In this document: positions 1 to 11,035 of the stretch, one piece after another
Layout: each line of letters starts with the position of its first letter
Position numbering within the stretch: position 1 is the first letter of the stretch
DNA from: Candidatus Saccharimonadales bacterium
GTDB taxonomy: Bacteria > Patescibacteriota > Saccharimonadia > Saccharimonadales > UBA10212
NCBI GenBank assembly: GCA_035480715.1
Contig: DATIHL010000011.1
Coordinates: forward strand, 80,722-141,372
Direction: 5' to 3'
DNA length: 60,651 nucleotides
The notes under the pieces: model-generated
Database searches by the model: none
What the model saw: the letters and a program-made list of their open reading frames with translations, nothing else
Told to the model about the DNA's origin: nothing
Program-made: the position numbers and the translations under genes

Positions 1-3000
1 ACTGGGAATGACAGTCAAGAATCTGGAGCGCGTTTCTTATTTTGCTAGCTATATTATCAAGAGTGTTGATAAAGAGAAGAAAGACAAGATTATAGCTGAT
101 CGCGAAGCCGAATTTACAGCTGCTGAAGCGGCCATCAAAGCCCGTTTTGAAAAAGAAGCGGATAAAGATGGTGCAAACGTTAAAGAGCTGGCGGAAGCTC
201 AGACCAAAGAACTAGAAGAGCTTGCAGCCGAAGCAGAAGAATTCCGAACACAAGTAAGTAGCTTGGAAAAACTGAATTTGATGAGTGAGACCGAGTATCG
301 CAACTTGCCGCCAGAGCTACAGGCAGCAGCAACTGTCGGTATGGGCGGTTCGGCTATTAAGGATTTGTTGGAAGAAGTGGATCTAACTAAGCTGATTAAA
401 TCGCTTAATAAAGAGGCCGAGGAGGCCAAGGGTCAACGCAAGAAAAAAATCATGAAGCGCTTGCGTTTGCTAGAGAGTATGCAGCGTGCCGGCATAAAAC
501 CAAGCAGCCTGACGGTTAGTGTGCTACCAGTTCTGCCGCCGGATCTGCGGCCAATGGTTCAATTGACAGGCGGTCGCTTTGCTACTTCGGATCTTAACGA
601 TCTGTATAGGCGCGTCATTAATCGTAATAATCGCCTTAAGAAGTTGATTGAATTGAATGCTCCAGAAGTTATTCGCCGCAACGAACAGCGCATGTTGCAA
701 GAGGCAGTCGATGCTCTGATTGATAACAATAACGCTCGCTCGGGCCGGGCCGTAGCAGCTACTGGCCAGCGCCGACGCCTAAAAAGCCTATCTGACATGC
801 TAAAAGGCAAACAAGGCCGCTTCCGCCAGAACTTGCTTGGCAAAAGGGTGGATTACTCTGGACGAAGTGTGATTGTCTCTGGACCGGAACTTAAGATGTA
901 CCAGTGCGGTCTGCCTAAAACGATGGCGCTTGAGCTATTCAAGCCGTTTGTAATCGGACGATTAATCGATCAGGAACTGGCTCACAATATCCGCAGCGCT
1001 ACCCGCATGATAGAAACCAACGAAAGTGCTGTCTGGGACGCACTAGACGAAGTAATTAAAGATAAGTATGTCCTTTTGAACCGCGCACCGAGCTTACACC
1101 GCTTGAGCATCCAAGCTTTCCAACCGGTTTTGATCGAAGGTAAAGCAATCCAGCTTCATCCACTGGTTTGTAAGGGATTTAATGCCGACTTTGATGGCGA
1201 CCAGATGGCCGTGCACTTGCCTTTGGGCGTGGAAGCTCAGGCCGAAGCCCATCAAATCATGGCTTCCAATCGTAACCTCCTAAAGCCAGCCGATGGCTCA
1301 CCTATTTTGCACGTCGAGCAGGATATTGTTCTGGGCTGCTATTACTTAACCTATCAACGACCGGGTACGGAGACCGATAAGCCTAAAACCTTCGGCAGTC
1401 TTGAAGAAACGCTCCTGGCTTTTGATGCCGGCGAGATTAAGCTTCAATCTTCTATTAGCGTGCCATTTAGGGGTGAGGTCCAAGAGACCACTCTTGGACG
1501 GCTATTGTTTAACGAAATCTTCCCCGAAGATTTTCCTTTCCAAAACGAAGCCATGACCAGTAAAAAACTCGACCGCGTGATGACGGCGACATACCAGAAG
1601 TATGGTCAGGATGAAACATCCCGTATAGCAGACGATTTGAAGGATCTCGGATTTCAATATGCCACCTTCTCGGGACTTTCAATCGGTATGGAAGACTTTC
1701 AGGATCTAAGAGAACTAAAGGGTATTGTTGATGAAGGCGAAAAAAGAGCCACTGAAATTTCCAAGCAGTATAATGCTGGCTTTATCACTGATGATGAACG
1801 CTATCGTCTGACAATTGAAACCTGGACAGACGTTGATTCGCGAGTAGAAAAGGCCTTAGCTGAACAATTTGCCACCGAAGATAATACCATGTCCATAGCG
1901 GTTGCATCTGGCGCTAGAGGAAATTTGAGTCAGATGAAGGACTCGGTAGGAATGATCGGTATTAGAGCCGATGCTACTGGTCGTGCTATGGAGCTACCGG
2001 TACGGTCAAACTATAAATATGGACTAGACCCGCTGGAATACTTTACGGCCACTCGTGGAACTCGAAAATCATTGGTAGACATTGCTCTACGTACTGCAGA
2101 CTCCGGCTATCTTACCCGGCGTTTGGTTGATGTGGCGCAGGATGTATTCACGGTCGACGTGGATGATGACGACCCAGGATTTGAGATACTCCGCTCAGAC
2201 TCAGAACTGATCAGTGTTGGATTTGGCCAGAGGTTGGAAGGCCGATATGTAGCCGAAAACATTAAAAAACATGCTAAACGGGGAGATTTGATTACGCATG
2301 AAATCGCTCGCGCTATTGGGGCAGACGAAAGCGTCACTTCCGTTAAAATTCTAAGCGCCCTGAGTTGCACTATTTCGCGAGGCGTTACCAGAAAGTCTTA
2401 TGGTGTTGATTTAGCAACTGGTGAGTTAGTAGCCAGCGATCATCCAATCGGTGTAATTGCTGCCCAAAGCATCGGCGAGCCAGGCACGCAGCTTTCTTTA
2501 GACTCCAAGCACCGAGCCGGAGCTGTTACGGCTGGTGATGACGTAACTCAGGGCCTGACCCGCGTAGAAGAGCTGCTAGAAGTTCGAACTCCTAAAGGTC
2601 AGGCTTATCTTAGCGATATCAGCGGAATAGTAAATGTCTGGGAAGAGGGCGAACAATACATTGTGCAGGTTACTGCTAAAAAGCAGAAAAAAGTAGTGCT
2701 GGAGTTGGGCGAGAGACAAGCTAAGGTAGCAGACGGTGATGAGGTGAATATTGGCGATGTAGTCGCGGCTAACGAAGATGGCTCGGAACCTCTAACTGCT
2801 CCGTTTACGGGTAAGGTCAGCGTGGATAAAGGCGCGATCACTGTTGCCCCAACCGCTAAGAGCATTATGCGCTACGAGATTCCCACCTTTAGACAACTGG
2901 TGGTAGCCGATGGCGACATGCTCGAAGCTGGTCAGCGGTTAACCAATGGATCGATTAATCTTCACGATCTGATGCGCCTACGCGGCAGAGAAGAAACACA

Positions 3001-3445
3001 GCGATATATCATGAACGAAGTCCTATACATTTTTGCCAGCCAAGGCCAAACCATTGCTGATAAACACCTTGAAGTTATTGTGCGCCAGATGTTTAGCCGA
3101 GTTCAGATAGAAGATGCTGGCGATAGTGAATTCATCACAGGGGATGTAGTAAGTAAACTGGCTGTGGATGAGGCGAACGCCAGACTGACTAAGGAAAAGA
3201 AGCGGCCAATCAAATACAACGAATTGCTTCTGGGCATTACCAAGGCTTCGCTAAGTACCGATTCCTTCCTGTCGGCTGCTTCATTCCAGGATACGACCAG
3301 AGTTCTGATTGCCGCCGCTACAAGCGGTAAGGTCGACCATCTATATGGTCTTAAAGAAAATGTCATTTTAGGACGCTTGATTCCTGTAGGCACTGGTATT
3401 GATAAGGACTTAGTTGCTGCTAAAGAGGTTGCTTCTAAGGAGTAG
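1..3445 (+). CDS. rpoC: RNA polymerase beta' subunit (5'-truncated by window edge)
   Basis: NADFDGDQM catalytic motif, [34 protein letters not shown]; reading frame is open to the window start. Confidence 0.99.
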   Translation, partial: LGMTVKNLERVSYFASYIIKSVDKEKKDKIIADREAEFTAAEAAIKARFEKEADKDGANVKELAEAQTKELEELAAEAEEFRTQVSSLEKLNLMSETEYRNLPPELQAAATVGMGGSAIKDLLEEVDLTKLIKSLNKEAEEAKGQRKKKIMKRLRLLESMQRAGIKPSSLTVSVLPVLPPDLRPMVQLTGGRFATSDLNDLYRRVINRNNRLKKLIELNAPEVIRRNEQRMLQEAVDALIDNNNARSGRAVAATGQRRRLKSLSDMLKGKQGRFRQNLLGKRVDYSGRSVIVSGPELKMYQCGLPKTMALELFKPFVIGRLIDQELAHNIRSATRMIETNESAVWDALDEVIKDKYVLLNRAPSLHRLSIQAFQPVLIEGKAIQLHPLVCKGFNADFDGDQMAVHLPLGVEAQAEAHQIMASNRNLLKPADGSPILHVEQDIVLGCYYLTYQRPGTETDKPKTFGSLEETLLAFDAGEIKLQSSISVPFRGEVQETTLGRLLFNEIFPEDFPFQNEAMTSKKLDRVMTATYQKYGQDETSRIADDLKDLGFQYATFSGLSIGMEDFQDLRELKGIVDEGEKRATEISKQYNAGFITDDERYRLTIETWTDVDSRVEKALAEQFATEDNTMSIAVASGARGNLSQMKDSVGMIGIRADATGRAMELPVRSNYKYGLDPLEYFTATRGTRKSLVDIALRTADSGYLTRRLVDVAQDVFTVDVDDDDPGFEILRSDSELISVGFGQRLEGRYVAENIKKHAKRGDLITHEIARAIGADESVTSVKILSALSCTISRGVTRKSYGVDLATGELVASDHPIGVIAAQSIGEPGTQLSLDSKHRAGAVTAGDDVTQGLTRVEELLEVRTPKGQAYLSDISGIVNVWEEGEQYIVQVTAKKQKKVVLELGERQAKVADGDEVNIGDVVAANEDGSEPLTAPFTGKVSVDKGAITVAPTAKSIMRYEIPTFRQLVVADGDMLEAGQRLTNGSINLHDLMRLRGREETQRYIMNEVLYIFASQGQTIADKHLEVIVRQMFSRVQIEDAGDSEFITGDVVSKLAVDEANARLTKEKKRPIKYNELLLGITKASLSTDSFLSAASFQDTTRVLIAAATSGKVDHLYGLKENVILGRLIPVGTGIDKDLVAAKEVASKE

Positions 3446-3466
3446 AAATGATAGAATTTGTCGCTA

Positions 3467-3877
3467 ATGCCAACAGTTAATCAATTAATTCGTAAACCAC
3501 GAGCAAAGGTAAGTAAAAAGCCGGGATCACCGGCTCTTGACCGAGTGGTTAATAATTTAAAGACAGTCAGCTATGATAAGTCCTCACCCTTCAAAAGAGG
3601 CGTATGTATTCGCGTGACTACTAAGACCCCCAAGAAGCCGAACTCCGCCCTTCGCAAGGTAGCTCGCGTGCGTCTAACTAACGGGCACGAGGTGTGGGCA
3701 TACATCGGAGGCGAAGGACACAATTTGCAGGAGCACGCAGTCGTCTTAGTGCGTGGTGGGCGCGTTAAAGATCTTCCCGGTGTTCGATACCATATCGTAA
3801 GGGGTAATTTGGATCTGCAAGGGGTACAAAATCGTAAACAAGGGCGAAGTAAGTACGGTGCAAAGAAAGCCAAGTAA
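3467..3877 (+). CDS. rpsL: 30S ribosomal protein S12
   Basis: MPTVNQL start (ATG 3467); [29 protein letters not shown]. Confidence 0.99.
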   Translation: MPTVNQLIRKPRAKVSKKPGSPALDRVVNNLKTVSYDKSSPFKRGVCIRVTTKTPKKPNSALRKVARVRLTNGHEVWAYIGGEGHNLQEHAVVLVRGGRVKDLPGVRYHIVRGNLDLQGVQNRKQGRSKYGAKKAK

Positions 3878-3883
3878 CTGAGT

Positions 3884-4138
3884 ATGCCAAGCGAACAGTC
3901 TTCGAAATTAGAAGGTCATATTACGCCGGGTGTTCCTGTGCCAGATCTTAGCCCCGAGCAACAAATTGGACTGTCCTCGATACGGGAAATTGTAGAAAAG
4001 CGCACTCACCTTAGTCCCGACGCCCTTCTGGGATACCTAAATGTATACCATGAAAGACCCAAGTTAATTCAGCCTGGTCTGAGAGCGGCCATGCGTATTG
4101 AAAAAGACAAAAATGAAAGGGGTCATCTTGCCTCGTAA
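3884..4138 (+). CDS. Hypothetical 84-aa ORFan inserted between rpsL and rpsG
   Basis: ATG 6 nt after the rpsL stop; fills the whole gap; stop overlaps the rpsG start. Confidence 0.7.
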   Translation: MPSEQSSKLEGHITPGVPVPDLSPEQQIGLSSIREIVEKRTHLSPDALLGYLNVYHERPKLIQPGLRAAMRIEKDKNERGHLAS

Positions 4139-4607
4139 GGTTACTAAGTCTCTAGTCCGGGAAGCTGAGCCTGATCGGATTTATAACAGTCGTCAGGTTT
4201 CTAAGCTTATCAATCGTGTAATGTTGAACGGCAAAAAGCAATTGGCAGAAAAGACGGTCTACAATGCAATGCAAAAAGCAGCCGACAAGCTTAAAGTCCA
4301 AAATCCGCTCGAAATTTTTGAGCAGGCGACTAAGAACATCCAGCCGCACCTAGAAACGCGTTCTCGCCGGGTCGGCGGAGCTAACTATCAAATCCCATTC
4401 GAAGTAAGAGGTCAGCGGCAGCAGCACCTTACTACCATGTGGCTAGTAGAGGCTGCGCGTGATAAAAAAGGCATGCCAATGGAAGAGCGGCTGGCCACCG
4501 AATTAGTAGATGCCTATAACAATACCGGCTCAGCAGTTAAGAAAAAAGAAGACACGCATCGAATGGCAGAGGCTAACCGCGCTTTCGCGCACTTCGCGAG
4601 GACCTAG
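4128..4607 (+). CDS. rpsG: 30S ribosomal protein S7 (probable TTG start)
   Basis: TTG-CCT-CGT-AAG gives MPRK, preceded by AAGGGG; SRRVGGANYQIP, HRMAEANRAFAHF. Confidence 0.98.
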   Translation: MPRKVTKSLVREAEPDRIYNSRQVSKLINRVMLNGKKQLAEKTVYNAMQKAADKLKVQNPLEIFEQATKNIQPHLETRSRRVGGANYQIPFEVRGQRQQHLTTMWLVEAARDKKGMPMEERLATELVDAYNNTGSAVKKKEDTHRMAEANRAFAHFART

Positions 4608-4608
4608 T

Positions 4609-4923
4609 ATGTCGACAGGTGAATCGCCGGCGGTTGATAGGGTGCAAGTTTTCGAATCAGAAAAAGGAGCAGATTTTGATAGTCGCGACTATCGGTATGG
4701 CCAGCGTAGTGGTAAAATTAGCGCTCCTCAGTCATTAGAGAGCCGTGGTACTATCAGATATCTAGTCAAGCCCGAAGACCATGATGCATGGTTTTTAGTT
4801 GAAGTGCCAGCCGATAGCAAAGAGCCCGAAGCATTGGCTCTTCAGCAGGCCTACAGAATTAGAGCGCAGAATTATATAGACGGAGTAAGATTACCTAAAA
4901 GACCGAGGATTAATGAATGGTAG
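4609..4923 (+). CDS. Hypothetical 104-aa ORFan inserted between rpsG and fusA
   Basis: TAG-T-ATG junction after the rpsG stop (MSTGESP...); stop overlaps the fusA ATG by 7 nt. Confidence 0.7.
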   Translation: MSTGESPAVDRVQVFESEKGADFDSRDYRYGQRSGKISAPQSLESRGTIRYLVKPEDHDAWFLVEVPADSKEPEALALQQAYRIRAQNYIDGVRLPKRPRINEW

Positions 4924-7004
4924 ATAAGAAGTATAGTCTGGAGCAAATTCGGAACATCGGCATTATTGCTCATATTGACGCCGGTAAAACTACTACTACC
5001 GAAGGTATTTTGTATCGCACCGGCCTGAAACATAAGATCGGCGCTGTACATGAGGGCGAGACTACTACGGACTGGATGGCGCAGGAAAAGGAGCGCGGCA
5101 TTACTATTACTGCCGCGGCTGTAACCTCCTTTTGGAAGGACCACAAGATCAATATCATCGATACTCCGGGCCATATCGACTTTACCGTAGAAGTTGAACG
5201 CTCTTTGCGCGTGCTAGACGGCGCTGTAGTGGTATTTGACGGCAAAATGGGCGTGGAATCGCAATCAGAGACTGTTTGGCGCCAAGCAGACAAATACAAT
5301 GTGCCTCGTATCTGCTTTATAAATAAGATCAACCAGACCGGCGGCGACTTTTACAAAAGTTTGGAGAGTATCCATCACCGGCTGAATCGCCGCGCGCACC
5401 CGATCCATTTACCTATTGGCTCTGAACAATCAATAAATGGCGTCGTAGATTTGATCAACATGAAGGCCTACACATATAAAGAATTCACCGACAAGAACCT
5501 GGTCGAAGGCGAAGTCCCCGAAGATATGAAAGAAAAAGCCTTGCGCTATCGCAACCTGCTGATTGAAGCCGCTGTGGAATCGGACGATGATATTTTGGAA
5601 AAATACCTAGAAGAGGGCGAAGATAGCCTGACTGAAGACGAAATCCGATTAGCCATTCGCAAAGCCGTACTTTCCGGTCAATTTTTTGCCGTAACCGGCG
5701 GCGATGGTCGAGGCGTAATCGTCGAAAAACTGCTTGATGCAGTTAACGATTTTTTGCCCAGTCCGCTTGATAGAGGCAGCACTTGGGGCACTAATCCTAA
5801 AAATGGCGAAGAAGTTGAGCGCAAGCCCGATGCTAGCGATCCATTCGCAGCCTTGGCTTTTAAAATTTCGACGGATCCATTTGTTGGCAAACTGGCCTTC
5901 TTTAGGGTGTATTCAGGCAAGATTACTGCTGGTAGCTACATTTTGAATAGCTCGAGCGGTGAGCGTGAGCGCGTTGGCCGCATTGTGCGCTTGCACGCTG
6001 ATAAACGAGAAGACGTAGCCGAAGTAGAAGCCGGCGATATTGCGGCAATTGTCGGTCTAAAAGGTACAACAACCGGTAATACGCTCTGCGATACAAACAA
6101 CCCAATCCTGTTGGAAAGTATTACATTTCCGGAGCCGCCTGTAAGTATTGCCATAGAACCTAAAACTAAAGCTGACCAGGAAAAAATGAGCGTTGCGTTG
6201 CAGAGGCTAGCCGAAGAAGATCCCACGTTCAGGATTAAAGTCGATAACGAAACCGGGCAAACCATTATTTCTGGTATGGGTGAACTGCATCTAGAAATTA
6301 TCGTTGATAGAATGAAGCGCGAATTTGCCGTTGAAGGCAATGTTGGCCAGCCGCAAGTAGCCTATCGAGAAACTATTCGTAAAGACGGAGTCGAGGCCGA
6401 AGGTAAATATATTCGTCAAACCGGTGGCCGTGGACAGTATGGCCATTGTGTAATCCGGATTTTCCAAAATGAGGCCGGGAAAGGCTTTGAATTCATCAAT
6501 GCCATTAAAGGTGGTGCCATACCGAGTGAATTCATTCCGGCGGTCAAAGCTGGGATAGAAGAAGCATTAGCCAATGGGGTGATCGCTGGCTATCCTGTAG
6601 TTGACGTCAAGGCGGAGCTCTTTGATGGGTCTTATCACGATGTTGATTCCAGCGAGGTAGCCTTTAAGATATCTGGTTCAATGGCATTGCAGGATGCGGT
6701 CAAGAAGGCTGCGCCGGTTCTGCTGGAACCAATTATGAAGATCGTCGTTGTAACTCCTGAGGAATTTATGGGTGATGTGATAGGGGATCTTAATTCCAAA
6801 CGTGGTCGCATTGAAAGCATGGAAGACTTGCAAGCTGGTATCAAAGAAATCACGGCTTTTGTCCCACTCGGTGAGATGTTTGGCTACACCACTAATTTAC
6901 GAAGTACGACCCAGGGCCGTGCGAGTTCGTCTATGGAACTTGATCATTACGCTGACGTTCCGCCAAATGTCGCTGAAGGAATCATCGCCAAGTCAGGCAA
7001 GTAG
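4917..7004 (+). CDS. fusA: Elongation factor G
   Basis: [35 protein letters not shown]; str-operon position. Confidence 0.99.
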   Translation: MVDKKYSLEQIRNIGIIAHIDAGKTTTTEGILYRTGLKHKIGAVHEGETTTDWMAQEKERGITITAAAVTSFWKDHKINIIDTPGHIDFTVEVERSLRVLDGAVVVFDGKMGVESQSETVWRQADKYNVPRICFINKINQTGGDFYKSLESIHHRLNRRAHPIHLPIGSEQSINGVVDLINMKAYTYKEFTDKNLVEGEVPEDMKEKALRYRNLLIEAAVESDDDILEKYLEEGEDSLTEDEIRLAIRKAVLSGQFFAVTGGDGRGVIVEKLLDAVNDFLPSPLDRGSTWGTNPKNGEEVERKPDASDPFAALAFKISTDPFVGKLAFFRVYSGKITAGSYILNSSSGERERVGRIVRLHADKREDVAEVEAGDIAAIVGLKGTTTGNTLCDTNNPILLESITFPEPPVSIAIEPKTKADQEKMSVALQRLAEEDPTFRIKVDNETGQTIISGMGELHLEIIVDRMKREFAVEGNVGQPQVAYRETIRKDGVEAEGKYIRQTGGRGQYGHCVIRIFQNEAGKGFEFINAIKGGAIPSEFIPAVKAGIEEALANGVIAGYPVVDVKAELFDGSYHDVDSSEVAFKISGSMALQDAVKKAAPVLLEPIMKIVVVTPEEFMGDVIGDLNSKRGRIESMEDLQAGIKEITAFVPLGEMFGYTTNLRSTTQGRASSSMELDHYADVPPNVAEGIIAKSGK

Positions 7005-7100
7005 CACACCTCTATCTCTTACCATGTTTTATGGTTAGCTGGAACTAAGGTGCAGTGCTCATGCTTTAAGGTGTAAGCGGAAAGTGGTAAATTAGATTAG

Positions 7101-8633
7101 ATGGTGAGAATTGTACTAAACAGGGCTTTAGGGCAACTTATAAGAAAGCCCAAGCTAATGGTGCCCCCAACTCTAGCGTTGCGGACTGTCATATCAAAAA
7201 GCGGCAAAGGTGTGTATGCCAGCTCTGATAGATTATTCAAAGGTGCCGTTTTCGGCCGCGATTCACTAATTGTAGCTGAAGACCTCATGACTCTCCGCCC
7301 GCAGCTGGTTAAACGTATATTGTTAACTCTAGCCAGACTCCAGGGACTTAAACATAAGAGTTCGAACGAAGAAGAGCCGGGCAAAATTATTCACGAATAC
7401 CGCACAAAGATCGTCGATGATAAATTGCTGAGCGGAACACCTTTACATATTTTCGAGGACTTGAGTAAAAGATGGGGAGGCTCAGATACGACCCTAATAT
7501 ATTACGGTTCAGTTGATTCTACTCCTCAGTTTATCCGTACCTTGTGCCGATATTGCGACCTATATGGCCAAAGAATACTATGGAGCAAGATAGAGCGTAT
7601 GGATGGCCGGAGAGTTACGATGCTAGACGCTATGATCAATGCACTTGCTTGGCTAGAAGCAAAACTTGATCATTCCAAAAGTGGACTACTGGAGTACCGC
7701 GCCCATAACGATGACGGTATTAAAAACCAGGCCTGGAAAGACTCAAAAGAATTCTACGTGCATGAGAATGGCCGATTCGTTAACCACTCTAGACCAGTTG
7801 CTTCAATAGAAGTGCAAGGGCTTGCATACGACGCGTTAGTAGAGGCGGCAGAATATTTACCCGATCGTGCTGACCAACTTATAGCCAAAGCCCATAAACT
7901 TAGAGACCACACAATCGAACTGCTTTGGCAACCTGAAAAAAATTACTTTGCTCTTGGCACAGATTATGATCAGGAAGGCAGCCTTAGACTTATACAAACC
8001 ACAACTGCAAACCCGGCGTCATTACTTGATTCGGCCTTTTTTGATGATTTACCACAAGCTCAGAAAGAAAAGTACGTAACAGCTATAGTGCGCAATATCA
8101 TGGGAACAGAGTTTCTGACTGATGCTGGTATACGAAGCCGCGGACTGGGTGAAGCAAATCTGATACCTTTTTGGGATTATCACGGCAGTTATGTTAGCTG
8201 GCCTAAAGAGACATTTGATATTGCTAAAGGCCTGCGACGTCAAGGATTCCCTCAGTTAGCCAAGCAACTTGAAAACCGTCTTCTTAATGTAATCCGCAAA
8301 AGCCGCGGTTACCCCGAGTTCTTATACGTAGATCCACGAGGACGCGTTTTAGGCTCTTCTTCATCAGCTCACCGCCACACCCACGCGCTTTTGGTAAGGA
8401 GTACCAATGTGCCCGAAAGTATTCAGGCCTGGACTGTATCTGCTATCCTGGCGATATTAGCTGATCGCCGTCCAGGCATACGCTTAGGAAGAATTAAGCA
8501 AGAGCCATGGCAATCGGATATAGAGAAAGAGGTGATGATCCACATACCAAAAGTTGCAAGGTTTAAAACTTTTATTACGCTCAATGCTCGCTATCCCGAC
8601 TATCCCTATGAGTTAACAAAGGATCACTTTTAA
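7101..8633 (+). CDS. Amylo-alpha-1,6-glucosidase / glycogen-debranching-like (alpha/alpha)6 glycoside hydrolase
   Basis: FGRDSLI, EEPGKIIHEYR, YYGSVDSTP, NQAWKDS, EVQG, YHGSYVSWP, QAW motifs. Confidence 0.85.
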   Translation: MVRIVLNRALGQLIRKPKLMVPPTLALRTVISKSGKGVYASSDRLFKGAVFGRDSLIVAEDLMTLRPQLVKRILLTLARLQGLKHKSSNEEEPGKIIHEYRTKIVDDKLLSGTPLHIFEDLSKRWGGSDTTLIYYGSVDSTPQFIRTLCRYCDLYGQRILWSKIERMDGRRVTMLDAMINALAWLEAKLDHSKSGLLEYRAHNDDGIKNQAWKDSKEFYVHENGRFVNHSRPVASIEVQGLAYDALVEAAEYLPDRADQLIAKAHKLRDHTIELLWQPEKNYFALGTDYDQEGSLRLIQTTTANPASLLDSAFFDDLPQAQKEKYVTAIVRNIMGTEFLTDAGIRSRGLGEANLIPFWDYHGSYVSWPKETFDIAKGLRRQGFPQLAKQLENRLLNVIRKSRGYPEFLYVDPRGRVLGSSSSAHRHTHALLVRSTNVPESIQAWTVSAILAILADRRPGIRLGRIKQEPWQSDIEKEVMIHIPKVARFKTFITLNARYPDYPYELTKDHF

Positions 8634-8634
8634 G

Positions 8635-9834
8635 ATGCGTGTCGCTATCATCGCCGGTCCATATCTTCCGATTCCTCCACTTATGTATGGGGGGACAGAA
8701 AGAGTAATCGCCAATTTGGTAAAGGGACTTAAGGAAGCTGGTCATGAACCTGTTTTATTCGGCCCAGGTGATTCTAAGCCGGGCTGTCCGGTAATTCCGA
8801 TAGTAGACAAACACATATTCTTCCCTCGTACAGCGGCTGGATTACCGGCCTTTCAAAAAGAAATTAAAAGGATCCATAAATACACACACAAACTTCTTAA
8901 AGAAAATTTAAATGGTATCGATATTATTCATTCACACGATATTGACCTAGAGGGATTTGAGGACTTTCCCAACTTGACGACGATCCATGGTCCAATAACT
9001 TTCAAGCAACTCGAATACTACACCAAAAGAACGGGGCTCTACTTTGCTTCGATATCTAAGAATCAGCAAGAAGCCTATCCGGCGCTACAATGGGTCGGAG
9101 CAGTTTATAATGGTGATGATCCCAAGAAATTTCCAATAATAACTCGGCCAGAAAACTACGTTTGCTTTGTTAGTCGGTTTGACCGCGAAAAAAACCCTCA
9201 TCTGGCGATAGAATTAGCCATCAATTACGGAATAAAAATTAAGTTGGCTGGCAAAATTGATTTTTTGGGCGATGACTATTTTAAAACCGAAATCAAACCT
9301 TACTTTAAACATCCGCTTGTAGAATATCTGGGAGAAATCCCTCAAAAAGAAAAGATTAAATTAGTAGGTAGGGCTAAATTAAATCTCCATCCGACCGGTT
9401 TTCGGGAGCCCTTCGGCTTAACGGTGTTGGAGGCCGCTTACTGTGGAACTCCTACGATGGCTATTACGCGCGGATCAATGCCGGAGCTCATAGAAGAAGG
9501 CAGAACTGGCCTGCTGGTTGAGGATTTTGTAGAAGGCTATCATCAGATTGAAGAATGCTTCGCAATGGACCGCGAATACATCGCTAAACGAGCGCGTAAA
9601 TTATTTAACTACCAGGTTATGACTAAGCAATATCTACGTGCTTATAAAAAAATCTTACGCATCTATGAAATTCGAGAAAGAGAAGAAAGAAAAATTGAAA
9701 GAATTACAGACAAAAGTAAACGCGAACTCGAAACAATTTGGGAACGCGACGCTCAAGATAGAATTATCCCAGGCAAAAAACTGGTAGAAACTACCAAAAG
9801 ACTGACAAAACCGGTTAAATTCAGAGGAGAATAA
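8635..9834 (+). CDS. GT4 family glycosyltransferase
   Basis: PIPPLMYGGTERV N-terminus, EPFGLTVLEA motif. Confidence 0.9.
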   Translation: MRVAIIAGPYLPIPPLMYGGTERVIANLVKGLKEAGHEPVLFGPGDSKPGCPVIPIVDKHIFFPRTAAGLPAFQKEIKRIHKYTHKLLKENLNGIDIIHSHDIDLEGFEDFPNLTTIHGPITFKQLEYYTKRTGLYFASISKNQQEAYPALQWVGAVYNGDDPKKFPIITRPENYVCFVSRFDREKNPHLAIELAINYGIKIKLAGKIDFLGDDYFKTEIKPYFKHPLVEYLGEIPQKEKIKLVGRAKLNLHPTGFREPFGLTVLEAAYCGTPTMAITRGSMPELIEEGRTGLLVEDFVEGYHQIEECFAMDREYIAKRARKLFNYQVMTKQYLRAYKKILRIYEIREREERKIERITDKSKRELETIWERDAQDRIIPGKKLVETTKRLTKPVKFRGE

Positions 9835-9877
9835 TTAACACCTAAGATTGTGATGTGATAAGTTTTTACTAAAAACG

Positions 9878-9905
9878 TTGCAAAAACAATAAATAGTTCT
9901 ATAAT
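9878..9905 (+). promoter_or_regulatory. Sigma70-type promoter for the fabD-like gene
   Basis: TTGCAA(9878)-16 nt-TATAAT(9900). Confidence 0.6.
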
Positions 9906-9916
9906 ATAAATTAATT

Positions 9917-10912
9917 GTGACGGAAGTTATCCCTCGTTTTGGAGAAGATTCTCTAGCATTGATTTTTCAAGGCCAGAACGTTAATAATCCACAAATGGGT
10001 AAGCTTCTAGACAAATTTGTCGCTGCAAAAAAGGTTTACGATCTAGCGACTGAAATATTGGATTTTGATGTAAGGCGTGTCTGCTTTGGTAACCTTACAC
10101 ATCTTCAGGAAGACCCTGAATATGTTCAGCCAGCAATTGTTACTACTGAATTAGCCGAGTACCGGGCGTGGCAGGATTTTACCGATGGAGCAAAAACTGA
10201 TCTAATAACGGGGCTAAGCCTTGGAATGTACACAGCCTTAGCAGCTGCCGGATCAGCTGAGGACGCGACTGTTATAGATATAAGCTCAAAACGGGCACGT
10301 CTGGTTGCACGAAATGCAAAACGAAGACCCGGAGGTATGCTAAGTATAAAAGGCATACCACATCAAGAAGAACTCGATGATTTAATTAAAAAAACAAAAA
10401 CTGCTGTTGCGATCTGGTGGGGTGGCCACGGACTGGTTACTCTGTCCGGAACAAGACAAAGAATTAGTGAAGCGTACGGGATTGCCAGTGGATTGGAGGG
10501 TGTAACAGCGGAGATCTCCAAAGTAAAAGAGGCTGCTCACAATAGAATACAAGAGCGTATTCAAAAGCCTTTGACGGAGGTGCTCGAAAAAGCGGGCTTA
10601 CTACCGCCGGAAGTAGCGCTCCTTTCAAATGATCCGCGAAAGAATGAAACGGCATTTTTAGAAAGTGTAGAGGAGTTAATTCGACACTATTCTGATCAAA
10701 TGGTTGAGCCAGTTGATATGAACGAAGTAAATGAAGAAATCGCCTTATCCGGTATTGCAAGAGTTTTAGAGATCGGTCCTGATAGAAGTTTTGGGCTTAC
10801 AAGTCAGCTTGTTAGGAAATGTCGAGAAGAGAAAATAAGCGAAATGCGCGAGCAGATGGGCAGAGGCGCAATTAAAAGAGTTAAATTTGATTTCGATTCT
10901 CTTTCTGCCTAG
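9917..10912 (+). CDS. Divergent malonyl-CoA:ACP transacylase (FabD)-like acyltransferase
   Basis: IFQGQ...MG, QPAI, GLSLGMYTAL (catalytic Ser), GGM, AAHN (catalytic His), QMVEPV, LEIGP. Confidence 0.8.
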   Translation: MTEVIPRFGEDSLALIFQGQNVNNPQMGKLLDKFVAAKKVYDLATEILDFDVRRVCFGNLTHLQEDPEYVQPAIVTTELAEYRAWQDFTDGAKTDLITGLSLGMYTALAAAGSAEDATVIDISSKRARLVARNAKRRPGGMLSIKGIPHQEELDDLIKKTKTAVAIWWGGHGLVTLSGTRQRISEAYGIASGLEGVTAEISKVKEAAHNRIQERIQKPLTEVLEKAGLLPPEVALLSNDPRKNETAFLESVEELIRHYSDQMVEPVDMNEVNEEIALSGIARVLEIGPDRSFGLTSQLVRKCREEKISEMREQMGRGAIKRVKFDFDSLSA

Positions 10913-10921
10913 ATCTTCCTC

Positions 10922-10991
10922 TTTACAAACAGGCTAAGTTTATCTTATAATGTGGCAAGTAAAACGCATGGGGGTGTTTTGTTCCTCATGC
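10922..10991 (+). promoter_or_regulatory. tuf promoter and 5' leader hairpin
   Basis: TTTACA(10922)-18 nt-TATAAT(10946); stem GCATGGGG/CCTCATGC at 10966-10991; AGGAG SD before tuf. Confidence 0.65.
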
Positions 10992-11035
10992 TAAAAAGTA
11001 TCAATTCAATCATAAGAAGAATATAGGAGTTATAA

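Noticed and set aside
4510..4608. 5' part of the 137-aa ORF call
   Set aside because: Overlaps rpsG in another frame; the ATG at 4609 is the plausible start.
199..6853. Many minus-strand ORFs (60-134 aa) opposite rpoC, rpsL, rpsG and fusA
   Set aside because: Antisense shadows of conserved genes with no motifs; the same applies to similar ORFs across the window, e.g. 11299-11916.
7005..7060. Stem-loop after fusA (CACCT/AGGTG enclosing ACCAT/ATGGT)
   Set aside because: Weak, interrupted pairing with no U tract; cannot be called a terminator or ncRNA.
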